Shown one piece after another: positions 41,387 to 58,100 of a DNA stretch of 64,000 nucleotides. Origin of the DNA: the human T2T-CHM13v2.0 reference genome, Homo sapiens. Position 1 is the first letter of the stretch. Each line of letters opens with the position of its first letter. Both the position numbers and the translations under genes were made by a program. Below the pieces are notes generated by a model. The model had not been told where the DNA came from. It was given only the letters and a program-made list of their open reading frames with translations, and searched no databases. Location of the stretch: NCBI RefSeq assembly GCF_009914755.1, contig NC_060939.1; one strand, 5' to 3'.

Positions 41387-42503
41387 TAGTAGAATTGGGC
41401 CACCAGTTTGCTCAAGAACTAGCTGTGTGACCTAAGGTTAATCATTTTATTTTTTATGGACCTGGATTTCCCATCTTTGAAGTGAGAAGTTCAAATTAGG
41501 GGATGTGTAATGTTCCTGATACCCACAACAATGGTTGATTCGGTGAACAGTTTCTGAACGAGCCTAGCAGTGTCAGGGCAGATGGGGAAGAGCCAGAGGA
41601 AATAGTTGTTCCTGCATTAAATACCATCCCTCCCTCCCTTTCTCCTCCAGCAGAGGTTTGTTTAGTAAACAAATCCCGAGTTTTCCCAATACAGCCAAGC
41701 TATGAAAGCTCTGTGCCACCCAGTATTGCTACAATTACTAATGTGACAGGCCTATCTTTTATTCTCCCAGAAGCAAGGCATGAGGAGTGAACTGAGCTGT
41801 CTGAATGACTTACCCAGGCATTTCTCTTTTGAAAGCCATCAGGGCAGGAGGAGAATTGCCTGGAGGCAGCTGGGCTCAGGCCAATGCCCCGGTTGGTCCT
41901 GAGCGTCTCCTGTTTTTGAGGTCCCTAGAAGTCAGACTGTAAGTTTGGGAGGATTCCATGACCTTCTCTCTTTACCTCTTGGCCTTTGATTTCTCTCCTT
42001 TGATGGATGGACTGGGAATGGGAGAAAGGTGGGTAGTGACTAGTTCTGCTTGGGCAGTATGTACTTTGAATGCTGCTTTAAGGAAGTCCTGGGAATAGCC
42101 AAGATTCTGGTGTATGTGTGTCTGTTACGTAGAATAAATTCAGCTGCTAGGAGAGTGACCAGAGAGGAAATTTCTTCTTCTGAATGTTTGTATCTATTTT
42201 GGAATTTGGGTGTCAAGGTAGAGATGGGGAGAGTTTTTGGCTTTCCAAGCACAGAGGCTGACACACAGGCAAGGAACAACTGTTGTTGAAGCTGAAGCCT
42301 CATGGCTGTTTCCCTTGGCCTGCTGCTTTGGTATGAGTGGGATAGAGGTATTTGGAAAAGAAGTGACAATTTGAATTACATTTTGAAGACCCAGTAGAAG
42401 TTTCCTGGGAGAACAAGTTGGGGAAAACACTTGTGTAGTATCAAAAGGCATGCTCTTACTTGTTAACATGGAACTGCTGACAAATAGAGACCGTCCACTG
42501 ATA

Positions 42504-43031
42504 CAGGGGTCTCCAACCCCCGGGCCACAGACTGGTAGGAACAAGACCATGTTAGGAACCAGGCCACACAGCAGGAGGTGAGCAGTAGGCAAGTAAGCAA
42601 AGCTTCATCTGTATTTACAACCACTCCCTATCTCTCTCATTACTGCCTAAACTCTGCCTCCTGTCAGATCAGCAGTGGCATTAGATTCTCATAGGAGCAC
42701 GAGCCCTGTCGTGAACTGCGCCTGTGAGGGGTCTACGTTGCTCTCTCCTTATGAGAATCTAATGCCTGATGATCTGTCACTGTTCCCCAACGACCCCAGA
42801 TGGAGATGTCTAGTTGCAGGAAAACAAGCTCAGGGCTCCCACTGATTCTACATTATGGGGAGTTGTATAATTATTTCATTATATATTATAATATAATAAT
42901 AGAAAATAAAGTACACAATAAATGTAATGTACTTCAATCAACCCACAACTACCACCCCACACCCACCCTGTCATGAAAAAATTGTCTTCCACAAAACTAG
43001 TCCCTGGTGTCAAAAAGGCTGGGGAGCTCTG
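42504..43031. mobile_element. MER1A hAT-Charlie
   Basis: CAGGGGTCTCCAACCCC...GGCATTAGATTCTCATAGGAGC...AAAAGGCTGGGGAGCTCTG. 8-bp TSD CACTGATA/CATTGATA. Confidence 0.9.
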
Positions 43032-43099
43032 CATTGATAGAAAGGCTGATAACGATGTATGGGCGTTTGTCATTCCACATCTTGTTCTTTGCATTTATC

Positions 43100-43680
43100 C
43101 GTTTATATGCATGTTTAAACAAAAAACGACATGCTACACATACATTTTTGTGTATTTAACACTATAACATGAATATCTTCTCACATTAATAAAAATGTCC
43201 TACAACAACATTATTATCAATGATTGAACATTGTTCCATTGTATTATGGCAATTTATTTAACGTTAGACATTTAGAGTGTTTTCAATTTTTCACGATTAG
43301 CAACAGTGATGAAGTGATGAGGATCTTCGCAAATAAGATGTTTGTCTCCATCCCTTGGGAATAACTGCAGTAAAATTGTTGGGTCAAAGGGTCTGTACAT
43401 TTTAAAGGCTTTTGATTAAGTATTTCTAAATCGCCAATCCAGGAAAGATGTAGCAATTTACACTCTCTTCAGCAGTGTAGGAGAATGCCTATTTCTTCTC
43501 ACCCTCACCAGGGCTGGATTTTTATCAGGCTTTTAAATCTCTTCCCATTTGAGAGGAGAAAGATGGTAATTCATTTTAATTTGCATTTCTTTGATTACTA
43601 ATGTAACTGATTTTTTTTTTAAAATAAGCCTATTAGCTATTTGAATTTCTACTTTTGTAAATTGCCTGTTTATTTCTTTT
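43100..43680 (-). mobile_element. Old L1ME fragment
   Basis: AAATTGTTGGGTCAAAGGG...CAATTTACACTC...TTTTAATTTGCATTTCTTTGATTACTA. Confidence 0.65.
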
Positions 43681-43836
43681 GGGTAAGGGAAAGTTTTACT
43701 TTAGGAAAATTCCCCTTAAAACACTAGGGTCAGATTTTTAAAAGCATTGTCTTTTGTTCTCACTCTTCAAAAACATGCCTTCCACTGGAAAAATGAAGAA
43801 ATGATCTAAAAGGAGGAATGGTTTCTCTGTTAGTAA

Positions 43837-44406
<570 letters not shown>

Positions 44407-46829
44407 TAAGCTTCTAAAAGGCAAGGAAAGTTTCTTCTTTTTCTATAATGCCATGCCACACCTAACATAGTCACTTGTCCATCACAGGTGCTCACTATGC
44501 GAAGTGAACAAATAGGGAATGCCACTTCCCAATAGTACCATTTTACTACTAGGCAAGTTTGAGCTTTCTAGCCCTTCCTCAAACTTGCTAGGTAGTCTAA
44601 GAAAAATGACCCAAATTTACAGTGCTTATTCTCCATGCCCCAAAGGAAAGATTGGTAATATTTGCTTATAAGATGCTGTGTGTTATATTGGTTCTTTGAA
44701 AATACTGATAATTACTGTGGAGCTAAAAAACAATTAAGAGCATTCTACACATAAGTCATTAACTACACTTGAAATAAAATATGTGAGTTACCAGTGACAT
44801 TTCAAAGACTATATTTGTTAATAACTGAGGCTTAACAAATAGAAATTATTTATAAACTTGTCTGAAATGGAAATCCAATAGCTGTTTCTAGTCTTGTTGA
44901 ACAATCCAATTAAGGGACTCTTTATATATAACATGTTTGCCATTTTCCCATTTGAAATATTAAGATGATGTTATATTTAAAATCTGCAACTGGCTATTTG
45001 ATAGTGGCTCTGTGTCTTCAGCCTTGGACCCTTGGGGGAGGTGAGTCTGCACTCTGCCTTGGCAAGGAGTCCAGAAGGAAGAACTCAGAGGTGTCACTTC
45101 CAACTGAACTTGTGGGAGGTGGCCTGCGTCTTCTACTCTGGTCTGCTTGTGTGTGCCTGTCTGCAGAAGACATTCTCTGTTGCAGATCTAGTGGGACTCC
45201 TAGAGCGCCCTGCATTTGTGAAAAACAATAGGAACTTAGCTCCTTATGGCCCAAATGCTGACTCAATATCAATATGATGTAGATATTGTACTTCCATGAT
45301 GGGAGTCCCTTTCCAAGATTTTAACCTCTAAAACAAAAAGAAGTTTGGGAGATTCCAGGAAGGGTCTTTTTTTCACCGATGTCACAATTCCATGCATATG
45401 AATCCTGTTGAAGTTGTAGGCCTTGCTGGCTTAAGGGTTCCACATAGCAGAATGTGGCCGATAAAACAACTGTATGCTAGCTGAGCTTGGTGCAAATGAC
45501 AACCCACACCATGCTTGCCCACTTCAGAACTGTTTGCATGCATGGGACAATTCGTATCCTATAACGAGATGCTGAGGTCCAACGCTACAAGTCTGTTTCT
45601 CAGTGAATTCACTTGGAGCCTCGTTCTGATGAGATTCACTGTCAGAGTAGCCTGAGCTGTCAGTGAATTTGACTCTTTTGTTAGAATGTCTTTATTGAAC
45701 TTCATGATAGGCTCTCATGTGAAAAGGGCTGAAAAAATTGTGGCTGCTAGTGGTGCTAACTGTTCACCACTGGGTTATGGATAAACACTGCCTGGCACCT
45801 CAAGTAAGGAAGACCTGAGGTAATATCTTGACTGCTAAAAAATAGCTACTGGGATCTCAAAATGACACAATGAGACCACTTTTGTTTTCCTAAAAATATC
45901 CCTCTTGAAGGATGTTTGAGCCATCTAGGTAGCATTGTGACATCCATCTTGCTTCCAGTCCCATGATGCAGGGGAGTACCATAAAGTCACAGTGGTGGAT
46001 TGTGACTGTGAAGATGAAATTTTGACAGCAACATCCACTTTATTCTAGTCTAGACCTGCCTGGTAAAAAGCAGTACCACTAGGTTGTGCTAGAGTATAAA
46101 CATAGCACGATGTGCATTTCCTGGCAAATCTTTACTTTATTGGCTATTTCTTTCTTTCTTTTTCTTAAGAAAAAAAATTATCTGTTCTCTGTAACTTAGA
46201 AGAACATATCAGAAATATCATTGTGATCACTGTTGTTTGAAAAGAAGGGCCTTTGAATGACAATATTGTGATTTTTGTAAAGGCTGGAGGTAGTGAAATG
46301 CTCAGAATTATTTATACTTACTCCCAGATACCGCTTAGTCACCTTCCAACATCTGGTGCTCTGGGATGAGGACTACTGCTCCTCTTCAGTCTTCTCATTG
46401 GTGCCTCATTTTCTGTCTGACTTGTCAGCACTGGAAAGCTCAAGGCTATCTCTCGGGTTCTCTTTCTTCTCTTCTCTGTGTACTTTCCTAGGGCATCTTC
46501 CTCAGTCACATACCATGTGTATGTTAAGGGCAATGATGCCCCAGCTATATCTCTGGTCCTGACTTTTCCATGAAACTCCAGACTCATCTCTCCAGGATGA
46601 CCAAACATTTCAGCCTTCTGGGACAGCTCTGCTTTATACCTACTCTCCTGTTATAATTATTAGTAGGGCTCATTTCTCTCTCAGAAGATTTCAGTCATGT
46701 CATCCTATACATGAGGTTGGTATTTAAGTCAGATCATGTCACTTTTCCAACTAAAATTCTCTTATAGGAAGGAAAGTAAATAATTGAGAACAATAATAAA
46801 ATTGACTGTATCACTAAAATAGGCAGGGA

Positions 46830-47085
46830 ACCTAGAATTTATTGAGTGCCATTGTGCTATGTTATTTGCATTTGTTCTCTCATTTAATTTAAAATTCATC
46901 TCAACTCTGTTTTGTGAGTATTGCTCTAGGTGATTTCAGCTACAGCAAAACACAACCAACCAACCAATCGAGAACAAAAATGTAAGGCTCAGAAAGATTA
47001 AAATAACTTGCTTAGGATTACACAGCCAGTAAAGTATTAGAGCTGGGTTTGAATCTTAGTTCTCTCTAGTGCTAAAGCTGAAGGA
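46830..47085 (-). mobile_element. MIR (fragmented)
   Basis: ATTTATTGAGTGC...AAGGCTCAGAAAGATTAAAATAACTTGC...AGAGCTGGGTTTGAA. Confidence 0.65.
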
Positions 47086-47119
47086 TTATGTGTTTGTTTT
47101 TTTCCAATTACTTTGTTGA

Positions 47120-47640
47120 TGTGATGGCTAATGTGTCAGCTTGAGTGGGCTAAGGGATGCCCAGGTAGCTGGTAAAGCATTATTTCTGGCAGGGTGTTTC
47201 TGGGAGAGATGAGCATTGGTTCAGTAGGCTGAGTAGAGAAGATCCACTTTCATCATTGTGGGTGGGCATAGTCTAATCTGTTGTGGGCCCGAATACAACA
47301 CAAAGACAGAGGAATGATGAACTTACTCTCTCTTCTTGAGCTGGGACATTGGACACTTACTCTCTCTTCTTGACCATCTCTTGGTTCTCTGGCCTTCACA
47401 CTATGGGACTTACACAAGCAGAGCAACCCCTACCCCTGATACCTCAGGTCTTCACACTCAACTAGGAGTTACACAGTCAGCTTCCCTGGTTCTTAGAACT
47501 TTGGACTTAGACTGAATTCTATTGGTTTCTCTAGGTTGCAGATGACAGGTCATGGGACTTCTCACCTCCATAATTACATGAGCCAATTATCACAATAAAT
47601 CTCTCTCACTGGTTCTGATTCTCAAGACAACCCTAATACA
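47120..47640 (+). mobile_element. MLT2-family ERVL solo LTR
   Basis: TGTGATGG...GGGCTAAGGGATGCCCAG...CCTCCATAATTACATGAGCCAATT...CTAATACA. TSD GTTGA/GTTGG. Confidence 0.85.
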
Positions 47641-50394
47641 GTTGGTAACCAAGCATCTTTCTTCATCTGGCCTCAGAAACACCTTTCTTTTCTTTTCTTT
47701 TTTTTTTTTTTTTAACATGTTTTCGTGTTACTTAGGCCAGTTGCTTAGTGATCTATCAATGGTCATCATCAAAGTCTTGTTGAAGAGTTTTCCTGTGTGA
47801 TTGTATTCATTAGAATTAGATTTGGCTATGGCTCATGGGAACTAAAATCACTATTTTATTCCTTTTTACATAAAGAAATCTGGAGGTGAGTGTTCTGGGG
47901 GTCCACACTCATGGCTCTGGTTTCCCTCCATCCTGATGTGATGCATGATTACCTGCCTTGAGAACACCCCGGGCTCTGGGATGGCTGCTGGGAATCCCCG
48001 CTAAAATTGGTCTGTTACTAAGGAAAATGGGGAGAAACCGGCAGTCTGCTCTCCTGACCAACTTTTTTTTCCCTTTATTTCTCAGTATTTGAGAATTTGT
48101 TTTTCAGAAGAAGTCTGAGTGTGTAAGGAATAAAGCCTAAAATGAGGTCTATTTGGCATCTGATTGAGCTACCTGTAATTTCCAATTTTCCCTGTGTGAC
48201 TATTGTGTTGAGCAAGTTTTGTAACTTCTATGACCTAGATACTTTACACAATTATCTCATTTAATTCTCACTAAAGACTCCAAAGTAAGAATTATCTCTA
48301 TTTCACAGATGAGGAAACCAAGGCTCAGAATGTGTTTTTAGTGCATATCAAGCAATGTATAATGTGCAATGATTAACACTTCACGTGTGCACAAGAGGTA
48401 TTCAAAACTCTTCTTGACCTGTTTTAATCAAAAGTTTCCCTCCTGATCATCAAATGGGACACGTCATCCTTCATATTTTTTCTTTTTCTGGGTTTTCACA
48501 GAAAAAGTAACAACAACAACTAAGCTTAATGTAATTAGAGATGATAGAAGAACATCATGGTTTTAACAAATTCACATGCCTGAAATCCAACCCCAGGACC
48601 TGTGATTTGGTGATTTGGATTGGTGCGGGAATCTGTAGTTTAGAAAGGTTATGTGTAACTCCATTAGTGAGCTTCTGGCACAAGAAGAATAACTGTCAAG
48701 ACTTGCTCTGCGGATCTTAGTTTGGTATCTTCTTGATTTGAAAAGTCTCTGCTTATTCCAGTGTTTGTGCTGTCACATTAAACTGCTATCTCTGAATTTC
48801 TTGTTACACTGACATTGTTACCGTTCTCCTGGGTGTCAATATAATGTTTCTACTCAGAAAATCTCTCTTTCAAGAGATGGCCCTCACCTTTTCCCAGGTG
48901 GACTCAGTTCCATTTTTAAAGGTGCTGCCAAGGGCTTTAAAAGCAAACTCTCATTTGAGGTGCTGGGGAGCCCTAGTTCATCTTGTCTTTCTCCCTTTGC
49001 TTCTCTCTGGAGTAAAGGCTGGCAGAGGAGAATGAGAATAAAATTATTAAAAGTCCAAATTGGCAGGTAGGATTTCAAAGAACAAAATTAATTGTATTCA
49101 AGACACGTCTCCCCTCTGTTTATGCTCACAAAATGCTGTGTTTGCAAGAACTCTGCAGCACCACGTACACTGTTGGCCCTCTGCGAATCAGCACCAATGA
49201 CAACATTATAATTACACTTCAAAAAAAAAAAGGCAACGAGAAGTTGCATCTTAAATTTCCTTTATTTGGTTGCTCTAGGAGCTTCTGTTTGAGTACAGCA
49301 TTGGAGAGCAGGTGCAGAGGTTAAAAATATGCTCATAAAAATCTAGAACCCAGTGTCTTTTTGTTACATTCATAATAAATAAGAATGCTTTCCTGGAGGC
49401 TCAGCCATTAAGGGAGGTGATGGGGCAGGAAATAGGAGTTCTTCTCTTGGATTCTGTTTATAATGCAGTCAAACAAGGGTAAGGAGGCTTAGCTAAAGCT
49501 TTTTTTGGGTGGGGTGGGGTGGTGGGACTAGCAGGCAAATTTGTACTAATAATTAACCATGAGCCTGTCAATTTCTCGTCTATTGTGCGAAAAAGTGTCT
49601 CTTGGCATAAGCATAATAATAGCAACTCCCATTTATGTAGCATCCACTGCTTACCAGACAGGGTACCAGGAACTTTACAGACATGATTTCAAGCTGCCAC
49701 AGCAAAATTGTGGGTGAGTATTATGTAATACTCTGAGAGTCTCTGAGAGGGCACACAAGGGGTGCATAGCTAGTAAGTGTCAATACCAACATTTAAACCC
49801 ACAGGGTCCAAAGTGCTTGCTCCTTTCTCTAGATTATTGGCTTGATTAGGACTCATTTGGTTGCAAGTAACTAAAGCCTACTTCTGAATTTCAACCAACT
49901 CAACTTAAACCACACTCTGGGTTTAGTAAAGCTAATGTAATTCAATTTCAGTTTACATATAAAAGAGAATTTATCACAGAGATGCAAAGGTTTCTCATCA
50001 GACACTAAAGTGAGTCTGTGTCTCCTGAGTGAACTGGAACCAGTGCTTAAGTGTAGGTAGGACTCCTGCAGATTTTTGTCTTTGCTTTTTTTTTTTGGCA
50101 CACCTCAGTTCACTTTTCCTTCTTGCTACTGATGGGCTTCTTCTGGCTCCTCTCTCAACTATCCCCACATCCTGCAAATACTGCCAACGGTTGCTGAGTT
50201 CAGCAGGACACAGTCAAGGCACCTGAAGAGACACCAGATTCAATAGTCGTGATAAGTGGACTGATTGGCCCAGCTTAAATGATCTGCCCCCCCGGACCCA
50301 TCAACTGGGGCCAGTGGGGAGGTTAAAACTATAGGAACATGATGGACCCCACAATGGCTAGGTGGTATAAAAATGGAAGAGCATATCTCAGAAA

Positions 50395-50402
<8 letters not shown>

Positions 50403-50434
<32 letters not shown>
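50403..50434. repeat. (GT)16 microsatellite
   Basis: Read directly from the sequence. Confidence 0.97.
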
Positions 50435-50438
<4 letters not shown>

Positions 50439-51625
50439 ATTTGCACGTTTGTCTGTATGTGGAAACTAGTAGATAAAAATTGTCCAGTATGACTGTGCAG
50501 ACTGCAAGTATCTCCTGGTTGTGGGGTCCTAGTAGCTGCATAGTTTGCCACACATCACTTTTAATTCTATCCTTGTGGATGGCTCCCCACAAGGGACAAA
50601 AGTAGAAAGATTCGAGTGGTGCCTGAAGAAAGCCAAGGAAGAAAAGAATTTGTCCATAATCTGTTCTTAGCATCAAATCTAAATGTCTGTTAACTATTTA
50701 CAAACTAACTCGATTTCCATTCATTCATGTACACATTATTCATTCATTCTCGCACTCGTTCATCTACTCATTCATTCAAGTACTCATTATTCATTCGATA
50801 TACTGAACACAAGAAACAAAGCCTCAAATATAGAGGCTGCCATTGCCTATAGGATAAAATCTAAACTCCCCATTAAAATCTAAACTCCCCATCCTGCCTT
50901 CCCAGGTCATCTTTTGCTTTCTCCTGCATGTACTTGGGGCTGTAAGATATGTTGCAATGTTCTTTTGCCTTTTTTACTTGATAGATGAACACCTATTGGC
51001 TTTAAGGCAAAGTTCCAGTATTCTCTCCCCAGCCTTGTCTTTGCAACACTCTCCTTGCTCTTAATGCAAAGCTAAGTCACTCCTAATGTTCCCATAGTAC
51101 TCAGTGAGCCTGTCTCCAGGATGCCCATTAACCTACAGTGTACTTGTCTGTCAGTGAAAAGATGGTGTCCCCTCCTGGAGACACTTTGTCAAATGCTAAA
51201 AAATTGTATTAAGCATGCAAATCAATACTGATTGTGATGGTAGATGTGCCCTCTTAGACCTGGCCCCATGGAGAAGAGCACAAGGTGCATGGGTAGATGC
51301 AGTGGCTGTGAACCACCTCCACTGCACAACAGCCTGCGCTTTTCTGTTTGTGTGTCTGTCTCCACCATTGTGCCACTGGCACAAATTGTTTCTCACTAAT
51401 TGTGGATCCCTAGTGACTAGCAGAACTCTTGGCACATTTTTGGTTCTCAATAAAGGTATTTTGGTTCAATGCAAAAATGAGTAAAATATAAGACAAGAGT
51501 ACTAATTTCTCTAGAAATACCCCTTTGGCATAATAAATGTGTTTCTGGTTTCTGCCCCAAGGATATAAGAAACTTTTGGGCTCATGTATTTCCTACTGCC
51601 TACTTCCCTCTCCTTTTCCCTTTAA

Positions 51626-51943
<318 letters not shown>

Positions 51944-53443
51944 CACTTTTATCATTTTTTATTATAGAAAGGGTCTATGGTCATTTTAGAACAATTGAAA
52001 ATTGAATAAGCAAAAATAATTTGTCATTTTACTATTAAGAATAACAACTATTAATATCTACTTTCCCAGATATTTTTCTGTGCCAAAAATATACACCAAT
52101 GTGGGTTATTTTTAAAATGAATTTAATCATCCCCTTTAAATAGAGATTAGGCAAATATGTAAATGTAAAAATCACAAAGAAATAGGTCTAAGAGGGACCT
52201 TATTTAAGATTAGAGTTTCAAACAGTGGTGCTTGCTACTTTGGGAGATGCTAAGTTCCTTGTCCCTGGATGTATTTAAAAAACCAAAAAGATTAGAAACT
52301 TCTTCATTTGCAAGTTGTAGGGGTGATTCATGTACTCGACAATAGTCATATTAAAGAACTGAAGTCTGAGTTTCTGATTCATTTGGAGAATCCTCATGGA
52401 TTCTAAGAGGAACCCACGTTTCTAAAAGTGTCTGCTGTGTTGAGAGCCAGAAGGCCTAGCATTCTGTAGCCCTGTCTCAACCAGCATAATCCTGAAAGGC
52501 AGCCTCTCAGAGGTTAATCTTTGAACACACTCTTAGGTTTACTTAGGCTTTTCAGGTTGACAGATGAATTTTCGTTCCACAGTGTGGTATAGTTCAGTGT
52601 TGCCTAATGTAGTCATTGTGCAATTAGCATTAAATTAGTTATAAGATAAAATGAAACAAATTTGGCTTTTTGAAAAGGAGGACTTTCATACAAGGCCAAA
52701 CTTAAGGGAAAGAAAGCCAGAGAACATTTCAACTCAGAAAGCAATTTGCTTTGCACAAGGAAGTCGGAAAATTACAGCCCATCATACCTAATTACTACAC
52801 ACATTTGCGTTTGAATGTGCGCTCTCCCTCCAAGGAACTGTCTCCAAGTTTCTTCCCCTTCACCTCTCAGCAGCCAGAATCTACTGCTGATGGAAAATAG
52901 TCATTGGAGCAACAGGATATTGTCCATTTCCCGACATGGTCACAGGAGGTTCTGACAGATTGAGTGTTGTACAGGGTCCTGTTGCAAACGGAGTAATGGG
53001 CATATGTGATCATGGAAAATAGGAAGGAGGAGAATGTAGATATTCCCGTGAAAGCTGATGGAATGAAATGTGATTCTCCTTCAAACTTCAAGGATTTAAA
53101 GAATATGTATAGATACTGCCCCTCCAAGAGATAGTGCTTAATTCTACTCCTTCTTCTCAAGTGTGGGCTAGACATAGTGACTGGCTTCCAAGAAACAGTA
53201 TGGAAAGCAAAAATAATGTCACAGTGCAGAAACATGGCATGCATCACTTAAGTGATAAACCAAGTGAAGACATCATCAGCTACATCATGTGTTTATCACT
53301 GACCCTGGATATATAACAGAAAGGACCTCTGAAGATCCATAATCCTCATCTAATTAAAAAAAATCAGACTAACCCAACTGGGGGCCATTCTACAGGTTAC
53401 GTTTTCACTACTCCTCAATACTGTCAAGGTTGTGAAAAAAAGG

Positions 53444-54634
<1,191 letters not shown>

Positions 54635-54793
54635 AAGGAAGACTGAGAAACCGCCACAGACCAGAGGAGACTCGGGAGAGATGACAACCACATGCAACAT
54701 GGTAACTGGGTGGGATATTGGAATGGAACGAGGACATTAGTGAACCTGGTGAAATCTAGTAAAGTCCAGAGTTTAGTTAACGATAATGTACCA

Positions 54794-55162
<369 letters not shown>

Positions 55163-58100
55163 TTAGTTTTGACAAATGTATCATGCTATTATAAGATGTT
55201 GACAATAACACAAGAGGTTATAAAGAAACTCTTTGTGCTACCTTTGTAACTTTTCCTTCAATCTAAAATTATTCTAAATTAAAAAGTTTATTAAAAATAT
55301 TTTAAAGATTTTTTCTCTCCACGCAGATTTCTCTTCTGTTTCCTTAAGGGACTTGGTTCATGCCTCTGATACTGACCCATCAGGTGGTTTTAAGCAAATC
55401 AGCATGTTCCTCACAAAGAGAGTCTACATTTTTGATTGTTGGCTCAAACACCAGATTTTGGATGTAATTCTTAAGAGTAAATGGTTACAGTAGCCATTCA
55501 TTATCAACTGCTTGACAATTCACCATAGAGTCTGACAAACAGAAGAAGGTTGTAATGCTTAACCTAATTATGTAATTATGTATACAGTCGCTCGCAACAG
55601 TCTATATAATGGCAGGGCACAATTATAATTACTCTCAGTAAATGGGCATAAAGCTGATTGATGTTAGAATGGTAGACTTTATTTTGGGGAGGAATTAATA
55701 AAAAGGGGTTTTAGAATTAAGTTGTTCAAATATCTCTCCAAGTGCAATAATGGCTTTGCAGCATCTCTGATTCATGAGGGGCTCTCTGCTTGTGCTTGTC
55801 TAGCCAACCCACATCCACTTTGTGAGAGTAAAGAACTTTGGTTTTCAGTCATGGTGAATGTGTGCTTACTTTACATGATTGGTTGACTTCCTTGAAGAAA
55901 ATGGGAGCCAAAACTTAAGACAGAGTCAGAAATAATCAATAAGGTTTTTGAAAGAGGTTTCCACCCTGTGATAGCCATGGTTAACCAAGATAATTGTTGC
56001 CTCTATTTGGAAAGACCCTCCACTTCCTCACTGTCCATCACTATTAATCTTATTTCCATGATGAAGCCTTTCGTGACTAGACTTTCCCTTTCTCTCATAC
56101 CTCTCTCTCAACTTCCGTTAACCATTCTCATTCACTGAATTCAGTTTGCACTTGATCACGGTAACTTGTCAATATTTCTGTGTCCTTTTTGACTTGTTTT
56201 GCAGCTGCGTTGAGAACTCCCATTCTGCTGGCATCCTCTGAGTCCCCTTCATCCATGGCTAAATGTATTGATGAACATCTAATAGTCTTAATAAACAATT
56301 GATTAATGGATATATAGAAGGACAGACAATGGACATTCTGTCAAGTGACTGCTTATGAGGGAAGCCACAACTCTCTATGACTGTATGTCCTGGTGACTTT
56401 CAATCAATAATTTAAAACTCATCCCTCTTCAACCTAGGCAGGGATCTCTGCGTATTAGTGTCCCAGCCATGTGTCCCAGATTCATGGAAAGGATCAAAGT
56501 CAAAAACAACTTCTATCATCATGACATTTACTTGATAATTCAACATAAAGTGGAATTCCGGAAAACAGGCATGAAACAAATTTGTATTCCTTAAGTGGGA
56601 GCATTGAACTAAGAGATCATTGAATATCTCCTTAGTTTTTGGAATTCAGCCCTGGCAATTAGAGAAGAGATGCCTGATGTCCTCTTTATGGGTTATGTGA
56701 TCCTACACAGCTGCAGATGCTTTTATGACCTATGAAAATTGTGACTCAACTGGCTAATTGCCAAACATTCATGGCTTTTAATAGACTATTTTCTTCTCGG
56801 TGTCCTGTTGTAATCTTTGATCGTTGAAGACTTGATCCATAGTGGAACTACCACCTTCATCCTTGGAAGCTATTTTTTTTCTATTATCTTTCCCATTTAT
56901 TTACCCTCTTAACTAATTAATTTTATAACCACGCCTGCTGACATTGATTTTCTGGAATCCTCTGTTTTTGGGGTGTGAACTATAAGAAAGATGAAATGTC
57001 ATCAGTTTCTATTCAGCCTTATTTTCACATAAAAACAGTTTACTCTTACCTGCTTCCTCTACTTCATGAAATATAATCTGGTAAAGACTGAAGAACCTGG
57101 TATAAAATTATTGACAACCAAGAATCCATCTGAAGCAGGTGCAGTGTCCTTGGCAGAATTCTAGGGTGACATCTGTGGGTCTTTGTTGCTCCAGGATGGA
57201 ATGTTTATATTTCCAAAGAGATATACAGAATATTCATAAATAGATGGTAGAGTCTATATGAATTGAACAGTGCTTCAAGCACAAGATCCTGTTGATGAGA
57301 AATGAGACCTCTCTAGGAGAATGTTTTATGACATTATCCATATACTCTTATCCATACTTATTACCTAGTGATGATAAAATTTTGAATATATTCTTTCACT
57401 GAAGAAGGGGTTAGTGGGATTTATAATAGAGATACAGATAAAAAATACATTTGATTCTTTGGAAATGAAGACCTAGGGCATAGGGAAAGATAAATAGGAT
57501 GCCTAATTTTCTTCCAAACTGCTTCCTGTTTAGTTGTTGCGCTGTGGTTATAATTGATACACCAAATCTTGCAACAAATTTTCATTGCAGCTGGCCACAT
57601 AGCACTGAGATTCCTGGATATATTTGGTGGGAAACATTCTGCTTTGAAGATGAGATTTGCTGGGATGAAAATCACAGTTGAAGTCCTTTAGAGGTGCTTG
57701 TGTGGACCAGCTGGTCCAATGAGCTCATGATATGGCTTAAATACTTCTGAGATGTGCCTCATGAGATGAGGAGGCTACACTATACAGACAGGATGGGTAA
57801 TCTCTCTTCATAGAAACTTAAAGCTGTAGTCCCCAGTAATCTGGCCTTCAAACAAGGGGGAAAACTACAGGAATACTTACTCTCTGATCCTTGGTATGTT
57901 TGACCTTAGCTGTTGATGATTATGTTTATGAAGTAATTCACTCAGAAGTATAAGGGCTTTGTGTTTTCAACCGTGGACATAGGTTGTATGATTTACTGAC
58001 TCTTCTTGTTATTGTTTGAGTTTTCTTTTCATATATAACATTGTGTTTATTATTGAGATTAAAGGTTTGGCTCATCCCAAAAAGTGTAATCAATATCAGA

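Noticed and set aside
45835-45845. MEF2-like CTAAAAAATAG
   Set aside because: It has one A too many for the CTA(A/T)4TAG consensus.
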